DNA of 64,000 nt from Raillietiella orientalis (taxonomy: Eukaryota). Each line of letters starts with the position of its first letter. Positions within the stretch are counted from its first letter, which is position 1. The notes beneath the pieces were generated by a model. The model did no database searches and was not told where the DNA came from. It saw only the letters and a list, made by a program, of their open reading frames with translations. This document shows positions 47,656 to 59,676 of the stretch, piece by piece. Location: assembly GCA_036172245.1 (NCBI GenBank), contig JAYWIR010000021.1, forward strand, positions 1,364,001 through 1,428,000, read 5' to 3'. The position numbers and the translations under genes were made by a program.

Positions 47656-50027
47656 CCGAGAAGTCGTCTCTTTGGTGACTTCCGGCAGCCGCTTCCCTCT
47701 TCATCGCCCATTCCAGACGCGTCCTTCCACCGGGCCGGACGCGCGCGAGAGAGGAGCGGGGCACGTCTGTCCGCTCGGAGCACGCGCGGTCCTTGGTTCA
47801 TCGACCCGGCAAGCTAGCACGCAGTCACTCCTGACCATCCTCCCTCCCTCCTGCCTCCTGGAACCGCCTTGGTCCTCCCGGGAGACGGAGGGTCACTTCG
47901 GTTTTCGCGCGGATTTAGTCCCTTCCAACTCCTTTTCACCGCTTCCCTGTGTGGAGCCCTCCCCGGAGTGCCAGCGACGAGCACCTGCAAGGGGTAGCCA
48001 TGGCAGCGGCGGCGGAGGCGTCCCGAACTTTCTCCGCGGCTACCTGGAGGCACGGAACTTTCCTTTCCCCCTTCCTCCCCCCCTCCTTCCTGCCCAGAAG
48101 GCCCTCGTCCTCTCCTGCATGCAGCATTTCGCACCTGGACCGGGATTTCGAGAAGAAATCCTGCCTGTCTCGTCCTCTCAACCGACACCACCGCGACGGG
48201 AGATCCTGGGAGCTGAAGGAAACTGGAGTCTCCAGGGTCATGGGCGCGCGGCCTCCCCTGACCCGCGCGGCCTTAACCCGTGACCTCATCTCGCAGAGAC
48301 TGCCTCCATTTCGCCCGGGAACGGGAAAAGAGGCGGCGGGGAGTCCCCTGACCTCCGGTGCCCTGCTGCTCAGCGCACTGTAGCTGCCGCCTCGCCATCT
48401 TCGTCTCCGGCGCCATCGTCCGGCGGAAGCCTGCTCCGAAGGGAAGGAGGGTTTCGTGACCTGTTGGTGTGGAGGGCACACCTCCAGCTCGAACCTTCTT
48501 CCCGGATCACTGCGTCCCTCTTCTCATACCTCTCGCCTACCTCGGTGGCAGTGGAAACGGCTCGCTCTGGTTGGCCTCCCCTCAGCATCTGGAAAGGAGA
48601 AGGATGGAAGGAGAAAGAGGAAGGTGGCGACAGTCCCTGTGCTCTCCACTACCGATCCGGGATACCCTGGCAACAATTCATTCCTCCCTCCCCCCTCCCT
48701 TTCCCCCTGGCCGTTACTCCTCTCCGTCTTTTCCGAGCCATTGGTTCCCTCTCTAGAAGACCTGGGGCCGTCGCGCGGAGAGGCCTCTGGTATCAGCATC
48801 CTTGGCGGAGGGTCAAAGATCAATGAACCCTTTGAGAGCTGCGGATGCCCAGCCACTTTCACGGGCTCGATAAAAGCAGGGAGCCCGCGTAATAAGGAGG
48901 TCGCGCGCCAGCGATGACGGCGGCGTCGGCGGCGGGCACCCCTCCCCCCCTCCTTCTTCCCTTCCGTGCCCCCCTTCCTCCCAGTCTGTGACGATGAGAC
49001 TCGGAACTCGTGCGCCACTTTCAGCCGCCGGCTCATCAGTCGCCTTCAGCTTAGGTCTAGCGGTTCCCTGAGAAGTCAGCCAGACCGGCGGCAGCTCCCA
49101 GGCCGGCTGCTGCTGCTGCTGCTTCTGGAGGTGCATCCGATCCCCCCGCGCTCTATCCCTGCTCTCCTGCTGGAGGCGACCGCGCCCGAGAGTTGGACGG
49201 AAAACCTCAAGGCGGAGCCAGCGGTGCGTGCCAGCGCCCAGGCGCTCTCGCCGCGCCGATTGAAACTCCGGAGCCTCCGTCGCGTCTAAAAATAGAATGT
49301 TAGGAGTCAGCAGCCGGTCATCCAACGGCGGGATAGGCGCGAGGGCAGAAGGCCGGGAGTCAGAGGCCGAATGGATCGCAAGGAATGCAAACGGGAAGAG
49401 TTCCGCATGCCGAAGAGGTGGGAGACAAATTCGCGAAAATGGGGAGGAAGGGGTGAGGAAGCTCCCGAAGCGTCCCGAAAGGCGTGGCAGCGGCCGCTTT
49501 CCGGAGTGGGTCAGCACCCACTGCGAGAAGCTGCGCAGAAAGAGCACCAAACAGGGTGGGCCTTCACCTCGGGGACGGGGAGGGGTCCTCACGTGCCCAA
49601 GCCTCCTCGTCCTTTCGAGATGCTCCTCCTTTCAGTCCTTGTTCCTTTCTCGGAGGGCCACGCCTGCCCACGCAAGGGAGGTTCCCGGAGCGAGACGCGG
49701 CCTCAAAACACGCAAGGGCGGGAGAGGTCACTTCCTCGCCGCGGGAGTCCCTCACTCTGGCATCCCGGGAACCACAGGAGGCGGCAACTCTGGAAGGGAG
49801 GAGCCGCGCCCTCCTGGTTTTCTGGACGGACGGAGGCAACGCTTCGGTCCACTCGCAGCAGCAGTGGATCCATGAAGGATCAGTGGAATGGGACCAGACA
49901 GAGGGGTGTAGAAACCACCCCGACCTGACTCGGGGTGACGACGCCTTCCCTCTCCTCCCTTCCTCCAGCTCTTCCTAGGCTGGCTGTCACCTTGACACAA
50001 AACCTCAGGAAGATACGGCTGGGCGCG

Positions 50028-50040
50028 GTTGCATGGCAAC
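50028..50040. promoter_or_regulatory. RFX X-box-like GTTGCATGGCAAC
   Basis: Near-perfect palindrome, one C short of the consensus. Confidence 0.45.
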
Positions 50041-52249
50041 GGAAGGGATGAGAAGGGCTCCTTATCAGACCTGCGCGAAGCCAAGCGGGAGTCCTGCTCT
50101 CCCCGGAGCCCAAAAAGGGCCGTCTCTCTTGGAGCGAGGAATCCCCTCCGCTTCGGATTGGCCAGCGATCTCCCGGGCGCGGAGACGTCAAGGTCGAGAG
50201 AGCTTTGGGAGCTGACGTCGCCACCAACCGCCAGCAGAACTCGCCGATCGAGCTGGCGGCGTCCCCACCCTCCTCCTTCTTGCATGCGCTCCGGGGGCTT
50301 CCTCTTTGGCCAGGGACAGGAAATTCCCGGCTTCTCCCGAACCGGACGCACCGAGGAGAAGCCGGCTGCAGGATGCCCGAGCAGCTGCACGCCGTGTTGA
50401 CAGAACGCGCGAGGGGAGGAGGCCAGGAGGCGCCGGCAGGCCTTGCTCGCATCTCCGGGAAGGGCAAGGGGGTGGGGACCCGAGCAACGGAGCCCCTCCC
50501 GCAGCGCTGTCGGCTGAGTGTCTCTTCCTACGAGCCTCGCCGCCCTCCCTTCTGGCGCACAAGAGTTGAGGTCGACGATAACGGCGTCTCAGACCGACCC
50601 GGGCCTCGCCCTCCGAGCGCCCAGAGCGCGACGCGCGTGCGGGGGCGATCCGGCGGCAGCATTCGCGCGCGCTCCTCCCTCGCTCCGGCGCCCCGCATCA
50701 CCGCCAGTTTGTCGACTTTTCCGCCGCCGGTCAGCGGATGCGTGGAACGCCGGGCTGGACGGTCCAACGCTCGCCCGGCCAGCCGGACTCCCGCTTATCG
50801 ATCTCGAACGCCCAATCACTTGAGGCTGCGGAATTCGCCCCGGGCGCAGTCGCTCCCGCTCGGTCCGCGCGCGCTCTTGTCCCGTCCGCAGGCGCTGCCG
50901 CACAGGCAGGAACGTGAATCGGGTCGACGACGGGGTGGTGAGTCCTGGTGATGGAGCGCCGGGCAACCCACGGCCCCAGGAGATGCGCTGCCGGCTGCCG
51001 CGCTGGAGCTCCTCCTCGCAGGAGGCGCAGACATCGAAGGAGCGTCGAAGAGAAAAACAAAAACAGCTGAAAAAAATTTCATCTTTTTGTCATGCGGATG
51101 CGAGGGCGGCTTAGCTGCTGAGGGAAAACGAAAGCGGCACATGGCGAGGCATCTGACCGGAGCGTCCGGCAGTTCGCTGCATCCGCCGCTGCTGCTGGGA
51201 GTTCCTCCCGGTGAGGAGGAAACCCGCGCAGAGAAGGATGCACCTCTTGGGGAGAGGCCCCACTCCCAGGCCGCCGGGCCTCAGACTGACGGTCTGGCTG
51301 AGAGCAGCGGCCGTGGCTTCTTCGCTTCCGCCCCCGCAGCACACGAGAGCTACTTCCGTGCAGCGGGATTTCTCACCACCTCTAGCACGCGATGAACCTT
51401 CGTGGCCATGGAGATGACCCTCCCCGCTCCACACCGGCGCAGAGCTCAGAGCCAAACAAGGCGGGGGGGAAGGGGAGGACGAGCGTCAATGAAATGGAAG
51501 ATGGCAGCGAAACGCACACGGCTCTCTCGTTCAGAGGAGAGGACGCAGTTGCCGGATCAGCGGGTGTGTCCAGGGAGGCGGACGACGTCGTTACCCCGTT
51601 CACCGCCCTGGGCATCCTGCGCTCTGGAAGCCGCCAGCCGCCCTTTCTTCGCGGCACCCAGTGGCCGCATGGCAGCGGCGGAGCGCCTGGGGTCCGCGGA
51701 AGTGGGCAGGCGGTGTTTCTTTTCGTCTCTCCCTCCGAGGTGCTCCCGACTGTCGTCCGAACACCCGGCGCTCCCAGAGCTGCCGTTCCTCTCCGCGCGG
51801 CGGCACGCTCGGGGCCACATCGCCTGAGGAGGATGAGCGCTCAGCGGAGCAGCCCACCCGCAGGATGTCACGCTCCTCTGTCCCGGGTCTCGAGATGGGC
51901 ATTTTCGGCTTCCAACTCGTCTTCCTTCCCCTCTTCCCCCTCCTTACCCCGTAGGCAGCGGCCGCTGCACGAGCGCCTCTCGCGGAGCAGAGCGAAAGGC
52001 GCGGCAGGCTTTCTACGCTGTAGCTTTTCTACACCGTAGTTCCTACGCCGGCCGCGGATGGTGCACTCGCGGGATGGGTGCACGCCGCGCGGCGCTGGAC
52101 CGGTAGGTCCTGCCAGAGGCGCGGTACCTGAAGACTTCCCGTCCAGGGAAAAGGTCAAGGTCGCCTACGGTCCCGGAAGCACTCCCTTGCCATCCGAGAG
52201 GGTTCCTGGCTTCCTCTCCTCCTTGACCGCCAGCGTCGGAGGCCATGTG

Positions 52250-52730
52250 GCTTTGGCCTCCGCGCGTGGCACCGAGAGTTGAGGATTCGAATCCCACCCG
52301 GGGGAGGATCGACGCCCACCGAGAAATGGGAATGCGCCGTGGAGTTGGAGTGTCCCCCGAAGGATAAAGCTCGTCGGCCTCGAGTGCGGCACTGGTGGAA
52401 ACTGGTGCAAGCAGCTGGAAACCCCCCATGCCCCCGCTGACTGGCCGGAATCGGAAGTCGACCCCCCGGGGTGCTTCTAGGAATCGAGCAACCCTTCGGG
52501 GTTCTCCCCTCCGGCTGTGAAAAGGGAGTCGTCGGGGGAGATAGTACCATGGAGCCAGTGTGTTGACCACACCTCTCCAGAGCGTCAAGAAGATTTCCTT
52601 TAGGGAAATCGGGAAGCATCCCTTCAGAGTTCTCTTCAGAGGAGAAAACGAGAAGCGGATCCTTCCCGGGGGGCCCTCCGGAGAGAATCAGGAAGAGGGA
52701 GGTTCCCTTCGGGATTCGCTCCCAAGAGAA
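52250..52730 (+). mobile_element. Putative tRNA-derived SINE copy
   Basis: Degenerate B-box GATTCGAATCC at 52284-52294; collinear similarity with the 43090-43650 copy (CCGGGGA, CCGAGAA, GAGTnTCCCCC, GTCGGCC, CCTCTCCAGAG, GTTCTCTTCAGAGGAG, GCGGATCCTT, CCCTCCGGAGA). Confidence 0.7.
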
Positions 52731-55700
52731 AGCAACCGGTTGCCGCGTCAATCGGCGTGTAGGCGCCAGAGCTGGGCCGCGAGGGGTCAGGAGGCAGCAA
52801 GGTCGCCAAGGACTCTCCTCCCCCTTTGCGCCGGGAGGCAACCTCCTCCCTCGCTGCCTTCTGCGGTCGCGCAAGGGCACGAAGGCGAGGCTGCTGCAGC
52901 AGCTCCTCTTTGCGGGAGCTGCCGCATCCGGGGCAAGAGCTCTCGCGCAGACCATCTGCTGGCCTCCTCCGGGAAGGGTCTCGCGCGTTCTCTCTCCCAG
53001 GATGGGAGGAGGGTCCCGCATGACCTCCCCCGTTTCCTGGGGTCTGACGGCTGCCCTTTCCTGAGCGCGCGCTTCTTTCGCACGCTTCGCGCTCCAAGCG
53101 GTGCAGATCGCCACGTGCTGGCAGACTGCCATCCAGTGAAAGTGGGGGTACGAAGGGAGATTTTTGCTTTCGGACTCGCCAATCCCGTAAATGTCCGAGA
53201 TGCCCGGGCAATCAACAAATACGGGATCGGCAGCGGCTTCCGGTAACCGCCCTAAGAAGTCTCCGGGTGAACAACGGAAATAAAGCAGGTTGCAGCGGGT
53301 GCGCACCCAGCGGTGGTCCCACGACCTCCCCTTCGGTCTTGGGGTCCATGGATCATAACGCCTCTTCAGAGTGTTAAGAAGAAGCGCGCCGCTCCCTTCG
53401 CCGCTCTCTATGAATCCGGGACTGCCCTCCATCTCGAAGGGTTACCCCGCGCGCCCTCGGAACGCTGTTGAAGAGTTGCGTGAGCCTCCAGGCGAGAGAC
53501 GGCTCTTGGGGTGCTGAGCAAACTCGGAGGGATCCAGGAAGAAGAGGGCAGTGTTTTCCGTAGAGCCTTCTTCTAGGAGGCAGACACGGTGGCATCGATC
53601 GAAACCGACTAGTTGGCTCTCGAGAGACCAGCGGGTCACCCTCCGGGGAGCGTCCCGCGATCCTCGAGCCCACCGGAGCGCGACCACCTGTGACGAGGGC
53701 TCACGCGGGCCCCCCATACTCCCGCCCCATTGACTGCTTGCCCACTGCCGCCTTCCAGAGACCCTCCACCTTCCTACGGTGTTTCAGGGAGAGCAGGTGG
53801 AGAAGCAGGGGAACCCCCTCTTGTTCTTCCTCGCTGGCGCCGCTTACGGTTCGCGCAGGTGAGGCACGGAAGGTCGAGGAGCGGCATCACTGACGAGACT
53901 TCCGGTCGTCGCAGTTTCCGCTGCGGAGGGCGGTTCTTGCGGCACCTCTGAGAGGAGAGGCAGCGAGAAGAGCAGATGAGGACCCCGCACACACGCACCT
54001 GAGGGAGGGAGTGAGAGTCCAGCCGCACAAGAGTGCGGTCCGGAATCCTCCTCCGAAGGACCGGAGGTGGAGGAGACCGGGCGATACGCTACCTCGTCAC
54101 GTCCTTCTCGCCTCCTATCGGCGGGTCCAACCCTTCCCGGCCTCTCCGTCCGCTCGCCGTTAACCCCGGTCGCTGGTTGTGTCCTCCCAGGGGCAGCGCC
54201 TCGCCACGCGTGGGACTGCAGTGTTTGCCTTCTCCGCAACAGGAGGACGGAGGGGGTGCGCCCAGGCGAGCTCGGGCGTGTGAAGGGCGAAGAGTGGAGG
54301 GAGACTTCCACGCCCTCGAGAAGCCAAAGAGCAACGGTAGCTCTCGAGTGAAAGGATGCAGTCCGGGAACGCGCGCTCCTCGCTCTGGATTCGCCGGGAT
54401 AACGACACACGGTGCTTCCCGGATTTGGGGGGATTCCCGAAAAAGCAAAAAAGGGGTAAGCTGCGCCCGCGGCGCTCTTCCTGAAAGAGGCGATTCTCTG
54501 CTGGGATGAGGGGAAGTGTGGGGAAGAAAGGAAGGCTCAGCGTCTAGGGAAAGGAGGCAGCCCAGCGAGTGCGAGCGGCGGCTTCGCAAGCGGCGTTGCC
54601 CGGGCAAACGGATTACAGCAGCATGGAAGCCGGGGAAGGGCGTTCTAATGGATGGGAGGAGCGCCCTTCGCCCGAAGGCAGGAGAGCTATCCTTCCTCCA
54701 CGCTCCTCCTCCCACGAGCCCGGTGGAAGAGTGGCCCCTGGTCCTTCGACCTTCCCCCCGCGCTCCTCGGGGGAACGCAAACAGGCCCCTCCCGGTGGCG
54801 AGCGGTCCACGGCGTCCGAATCAGGGCCCTCTCGACCTGAGCCCTCACAACGGAGTCCTATCAAGAAAAGGAGGCGCCGGCCGTCGCCAAGCATCACCAA
54901 GGCCATGGGGATCGCCGAAGACCGCCGGCGACTTCCCTTGCCCCTGCCCCTCCTCACGATGGCTCCATCCGCGGTTAATTTCTGGCTGCTCCCACGAAGG
55001 AACCCAGGCCAGAGCCTCCTCCCGGTCGTTTCGGGCTCTCCCATCGGTCGCCAAAGGAGACCGCTACTCTGCAACCTGGTCACGGTCAAAGAACGCGAAG
55101 AGCCCCCGCCTCCTCATCGGACGCGGAGGTAGGGAACCACGCGAACAGATCTTCTGATCCTCAGACAGCTGGGAGTCCGGCATGACCTCGGTCCGTCGCC
55201 TCCCGAGGGCGGCACTTCCCGGTGCATCCGAAGGGCGCCGCGTGCACGGATCGGAAGCCGCGAGCAGCAGCCACGTGCGATGGCCGAAGAGACGCCGAGA
55301 GCGGGAACGGGTGGCAGCCCATGCTTGAAGGAGTCCCGTTGACCCCTCCCTTACGCCCACCGTCGGTGGGGCTGCTCCGGTCCGCTTGGCGTGCGCGCGC
55401 GCTTACGGTGACATCAGTCCCTTCCGGTCCTGGAGGCTCAGGCGGAAGGCATCCTCGAGTGGCCCTGCTCGGCGCAGCCCTTCCCTGCCGCGGAACCCCT
55501 CCCCTGCAGTGAGATGGGGCAGGGAGCGTCCGTCTCCAGGATCCAACGGTCGCCATCGCGCCGTCCTTCCAAAGGGCGTGGGAAGCCACGCGCTCCGGAC
55601 TGGTCGACGGCAGCGCTCGCCCCCGGTCTCCGGAGTGACGGGCGCGAAGCGCAGTGGAATAGGAACCTCCCCTGCTTCGACCGATCTCGAAGGGAAGAGT

Positions 55701-56348
55701 CAAAGAGAAGGGACAGAATTTCCTCCCTGGCGTCTCCGTGGTGACCGGGAGTTCTCGAGCACCAGCCAGCCCGTGTTTTTCGCCGGTTCGCTTTCGCCGG
55801 AACGAGCATTCGTCGCGCGTTCCTCGCGTTCAGCAGTGCAGTCGGCAGTAACTGCGGGCAACTGGGGGTCGCCGAAGCGGGGTCGCGGAGCTGGCCATTC
55901 ACTGGCTCACCGAAAACCCGCGACGGTAGGGTTGCAGGGGAGCATGGGGGACGGGGGAAGGAGGTGCGGCGTGGAGGCAGGTGGCCCACTCCGGCCGCAG
56001 CCGCCGCCGGGAGCGGGGACGAAGCGCGGAAGAAGCGGGCGCGGACACAATGCGCCGCGCGCAAGGGTGCAGGGAGAGGAAGGATGAGATGCACAGCATC
56101 CAGACCCTTGGGAGGAAGAATGCGAGCCCGAAACTGTTGGAGCCCGGGAACTCTCTCCTCCCTCCTCCTCTTATGTTGTCTCCGAAAGAGCTCTTGGGTT
56201 CGATCATCTCCGCGCCACACGGGTGCGCGCTCCGACCCCGGGATGCTGCGTCCCCCGACTCTCGGCTCCTAACCGCCCGTTTTCACGGCCCGGTGAGCAG
56301 CCCAGCCTCCAACAACGGCGAGGTTACCCAAGACTGACCACAGCCGGC

Positions 56349-56354
56349 TATAAA
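56349..56354 (+). promoter_or_regulatory. TATAAA, candidate P4 promoter; 5' intron about 56471-57371
   Basis: TATAAA, then an AG|GTAAGC donor at 56471 and a TTTAAC...CCAG| acceptor 18 nt before the P4 ATG. Confidence 0.6.
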
Positions 56355-57389
56355 GCCGGCGCACGTGCGGGGCCGCACTGATCCCTGGAAGCGCCGCGAA
56401 ATCCCCCTCCCTCATGCCTGGTGTCTGGATGCCCCTGCATCAAGCGATGAGGAGGAACGAATGAAAGTAGGTAAGCCGTTCGCTCCCTTGTTCCGTGCGC
56501 GGCCTGAGTTGCTTTCCCCCCCTCTGTTCCCCCTCCCCTTCTCCCCCCCCCCCCACGCATGTACACGCTCTGCTCTCGCTCCTTCTGGTCGCCGCCGCGT
56601 CCTCTCGTCTCTTCCTCGTTGACCCGGGAAGGACGGTGAACGCGCCCCAACCAGAATCGAAGGTCGGCCGATCGGCGCGTTCGTGGGAAGAACGGGAAGG
56701 GGGAGCGGAACGACGCCGTTTGGGAACGCATGGGAGACCCCCCTTCATCGATTGAGGGGAAGCGACAGCCGCCTTCCGGATCGCAGCTCGTACGCCCCTT
56801 GGGAAGGACGCACCCTGAGGCGGAGTTTCCGCGCACGCGACTTCCAGACGCACACCCTGTTCCCCCTCTGCGGGAGCGAAGACCTTCGCAAAAGTAGTCC
56901 CTTCGCACCCGACCCGTTTCCTCGACCCCAGAGGCGGCACGACGAGGATCGATCCTGGAGGGCAGGGAGGAGTGCCGTGTCCCCGAACGTCAGCCCGAGG
57001 TGTCCTAGCCAGAGGGTGCGCCGCTGAACACTTAGAGGTTCTCTTTCCCCGAGCCACATCCCACTACTCCGCCGCTGGTACTGACCGTCAAGCCTAAATC
57101 CCACCCCCGTGTTCACAGTCGGGAAGGCTTCCGCCTCCATTGGCCGGGAGAGAGTCTGAGGGGAGCGTCCGGTCGCCTGGAATCGCTGCCGGAGTGCCTC
57201 CGAGGGAGCGCGCCAGCGGGCGGGCGGGCGCGGTTCGTGCAGGGCGCGTCCTCCCCCGAGACCCCAAGAGGGCGCGCGGAGCTCCCTCCCGAGAGAGTGG
57301 AAGAAAAGAACCAGAGTGCGCACCGAGAGAGACTGTGACCCCCCCTCCCCTTCATACTCTTTAACGTCCAGGTGCCGGAGAGAGCGGAA

Positions 57390-57992
57390 ATGGCATCTCA
57401 GACTGCGTTCCCTTTCTGCTTGCTGCTGCTGTGTGCCCTCTTCGCGGGCGTCCTCCCCTGCCCCTCCGGAGGCGTGGCACCGCAGGAGCCGAGGCAGCTC
57501 GTAGCTACCCCGAACACGCAGACCTTCCAGCCGGGGACGTCGTTCAGCGAGGTCATCGCCCTCAGCGGCTTCCATGCGATCCTGCTGCTGTTTTTCCAAC
57601 TGCTCGTCGGCGGGATGGGTTTCCTGATCCCGGTCCTTGGACGATCGATGGGTGGCGCTTCACCAGCGCTCCTCTCCGGGAGAGACTGGCTCTGGATCGC
57701 TTCGCAAGCCCTGGGGCACCTGACCGGGAATTTCGACTGTCTGAACCAGCTGGCCTGCAGAGACCCCGCACGAGCCCGGAAGCACCTCTGGGCCTCGGAA
57801 GCCTTCCTGAAGGTGGCCGGAATGGTGGACAGGTGAGAAGAGGTGCCCGGAGGCGTGTACGCGCGCTCACGACCCGCCGCTTCCAGGCTCAAGCCGTACG
57901 TGGCGACCTACCAGGGAGTAATAGACCGGCTGCGGGAGGCTGCGAGGAGCAAGGCCAGCTGCCACAGGAAGTACATCTGTGACCCATTCTAA
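57390..57992 (+). CDS. Small secreted Cys protein, family paralogue P4 (182 aa; exons 57390-57832, 57887-57992)
   Basis: Signal peptide MASQTAFPFCLLLLCALFAGVLP; PRQ, FSEVI, hydrophobic segment, LGRS, WIASQ, CLNQLACRDP; 54-nt phase-2 GTGAGA...TTCCAG intron; last exon LKPYVATYQGVIDRLREAARSKASCHRKYICDPF*; AATAAA overlaps the stop (57991-57996). Confidence 0.9.
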
Positions 57993-59676
57993 TAAAAAGG
58001 AAAGAAAAGTCCTGGAAGTCCTTGGTCTTTTTTTTTTTTTTTTTTGCCCTGCCATCTCCTGGTGCCCTTCCTTGAATTCTCCCTTCTTCTTTCGTCTTCG
58101 AAGGGCGAAGAAGGGAGATCTTTGGATGACCCGAGGCGATCCTCCGTTGCTGAGCGAAACCTCCAGGGGATCGAGACGTTGCTGAGGAATGCCCTACGGT
58201 GATCCGCCGACGGTCTGTGACCCTCTTCTCCAGTACCGAGGGCATGTGTGAGGGTAAGGGGCTGACGAGAGACCGGAAGATGTCCGACGATAGCTCTGCC
58301 AGTCGCTAACCCAGACGGAGCGAGAGAGTGGGACGCCGCACTGCCGTCCCCTCCAAGTGGGTCAGTAGACGTCCTAACGCCTTGCGAGCGCGTGGCACAG
58401 GCGGAGGTCGGCTCGCCAGTCGCCGGCAGCGCGCGTAGCGGAGGCTCCTCGAAACACCCGTGAACTCCACCCCGGCTTCCCTGGGTAGTGCGGTGGGGTC
58501 GTTCCACGGGTGTCTGGGGGGATTGCCGAGAGCAGTCGGCCCCTTGCAGGACCCGGAAGGCACCGTTCGCGGACCCTCCCAGCTCCTTCTCCTCCTGGAG
58601 CAGGGAGGCTGAGATCCAGATCCTGCTGTTTCGGAACGCCGGTAGGGGGAACCGGATCGGGGATATCTCGTGGGCGTCTCCGGACCTTTCCGTCGCGGAC
58701 TTCCCCCGGATGCCCTACGGCATTCGGCAGCAGCGACCCCGCTCTTGAGTGCACGCGAAGCCGGAACTCTTCGATAGTCGCCCCGAGGGCGTGATGACGC
58801 GCGGCGCAGTCGGACCGCGAGGACGGACGAACGGCGACTGGCGCGGCCGCCGCAGAGTCCCGCGTCCCAACAGCACCCCGACGCTCGCAGAAACAGCCTG
58901 GGGGTTCCCCCATTTTCCGTGCTGCTGCGACCTCGAAGGCGGAAGAACTTGCGGCAGCTGTTCATGGGTCAGCCGTCCGAGCGAGACGAGAGTGCCAAGC
59001 AGGCTGGCTGCCCCTGGAAACCAGAGCAGCGATGCTCGGCGAGGCGGCGGAGGAACCCTTGGGGGAAGGGGAGGAGGAGATTTACGGCCGTCGGGTCCTC
59101 GCGGAAACGCTCCAGGGAGATCGGCCTTGAACGCGCGCGCATAGGGAAGGAGGGTTTTGCGCGCCGGGAGAGTAAGGGGGGGGAGGAAGGGAGAATGCGG
59201 AGGCGGCCTATCATCACCGCGCTGAGACGGGCTGCAATGGGGCCGCAGAGGGCGGTGCGCACCGGGGAGGAAGTTCCCGAGGCGGCCACCAGATCACTCC
59301 CCGGCGGCGGACTGCGCCTCTGCAAATCGGAGGCGGCCACCCCTTTCTCTGCCGCTGGAAACTCGTGCAAGAGGAAAAGAAGCACCCTTAGGATCGGCTT
59401 CATAACCCCTCCTCCCCGCACCCCAACCTCGCTCTTCCCCCAGTCAAATGGCAAGAAAAGGGACAATCTGGATCACCTGACTCGCGTCTTCGGAGGCAAT
59501 TCGGAATGACACGGGACGACTTCGCACTGCGGCGAAGTAGGTCGCACTTGAAGGGGACTCCTTCAGGGTTCCCTAGGGCCACATCGCTCGGAAAAGATCA
59601 CGGACGCCCCTCTGCCCTTACTCGGGGCGGAGCCCCCGGTTCGGGCAGGGGTAACGCCGACGACCAAGGGACCAGA

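Noticed and set aside
50816..51082. MKFFSAVFVFLFDAPSMSA as a missing signal-peptide exon for P3
   Set aside because: An Asp interrupts the hydrophobic core, it derives from an A/T tract, there is no suitable donor, and a closer TATA box exists at 47650
52960..53432. Natural-looking minus-strand peptide (DPVFVDCPGISDIYGIG...HFHWMAVCQHVAIC)
   Set aside because: No family recognised, no splice support, and the ORF runs into a SINE copy; unresolved without BLASTX
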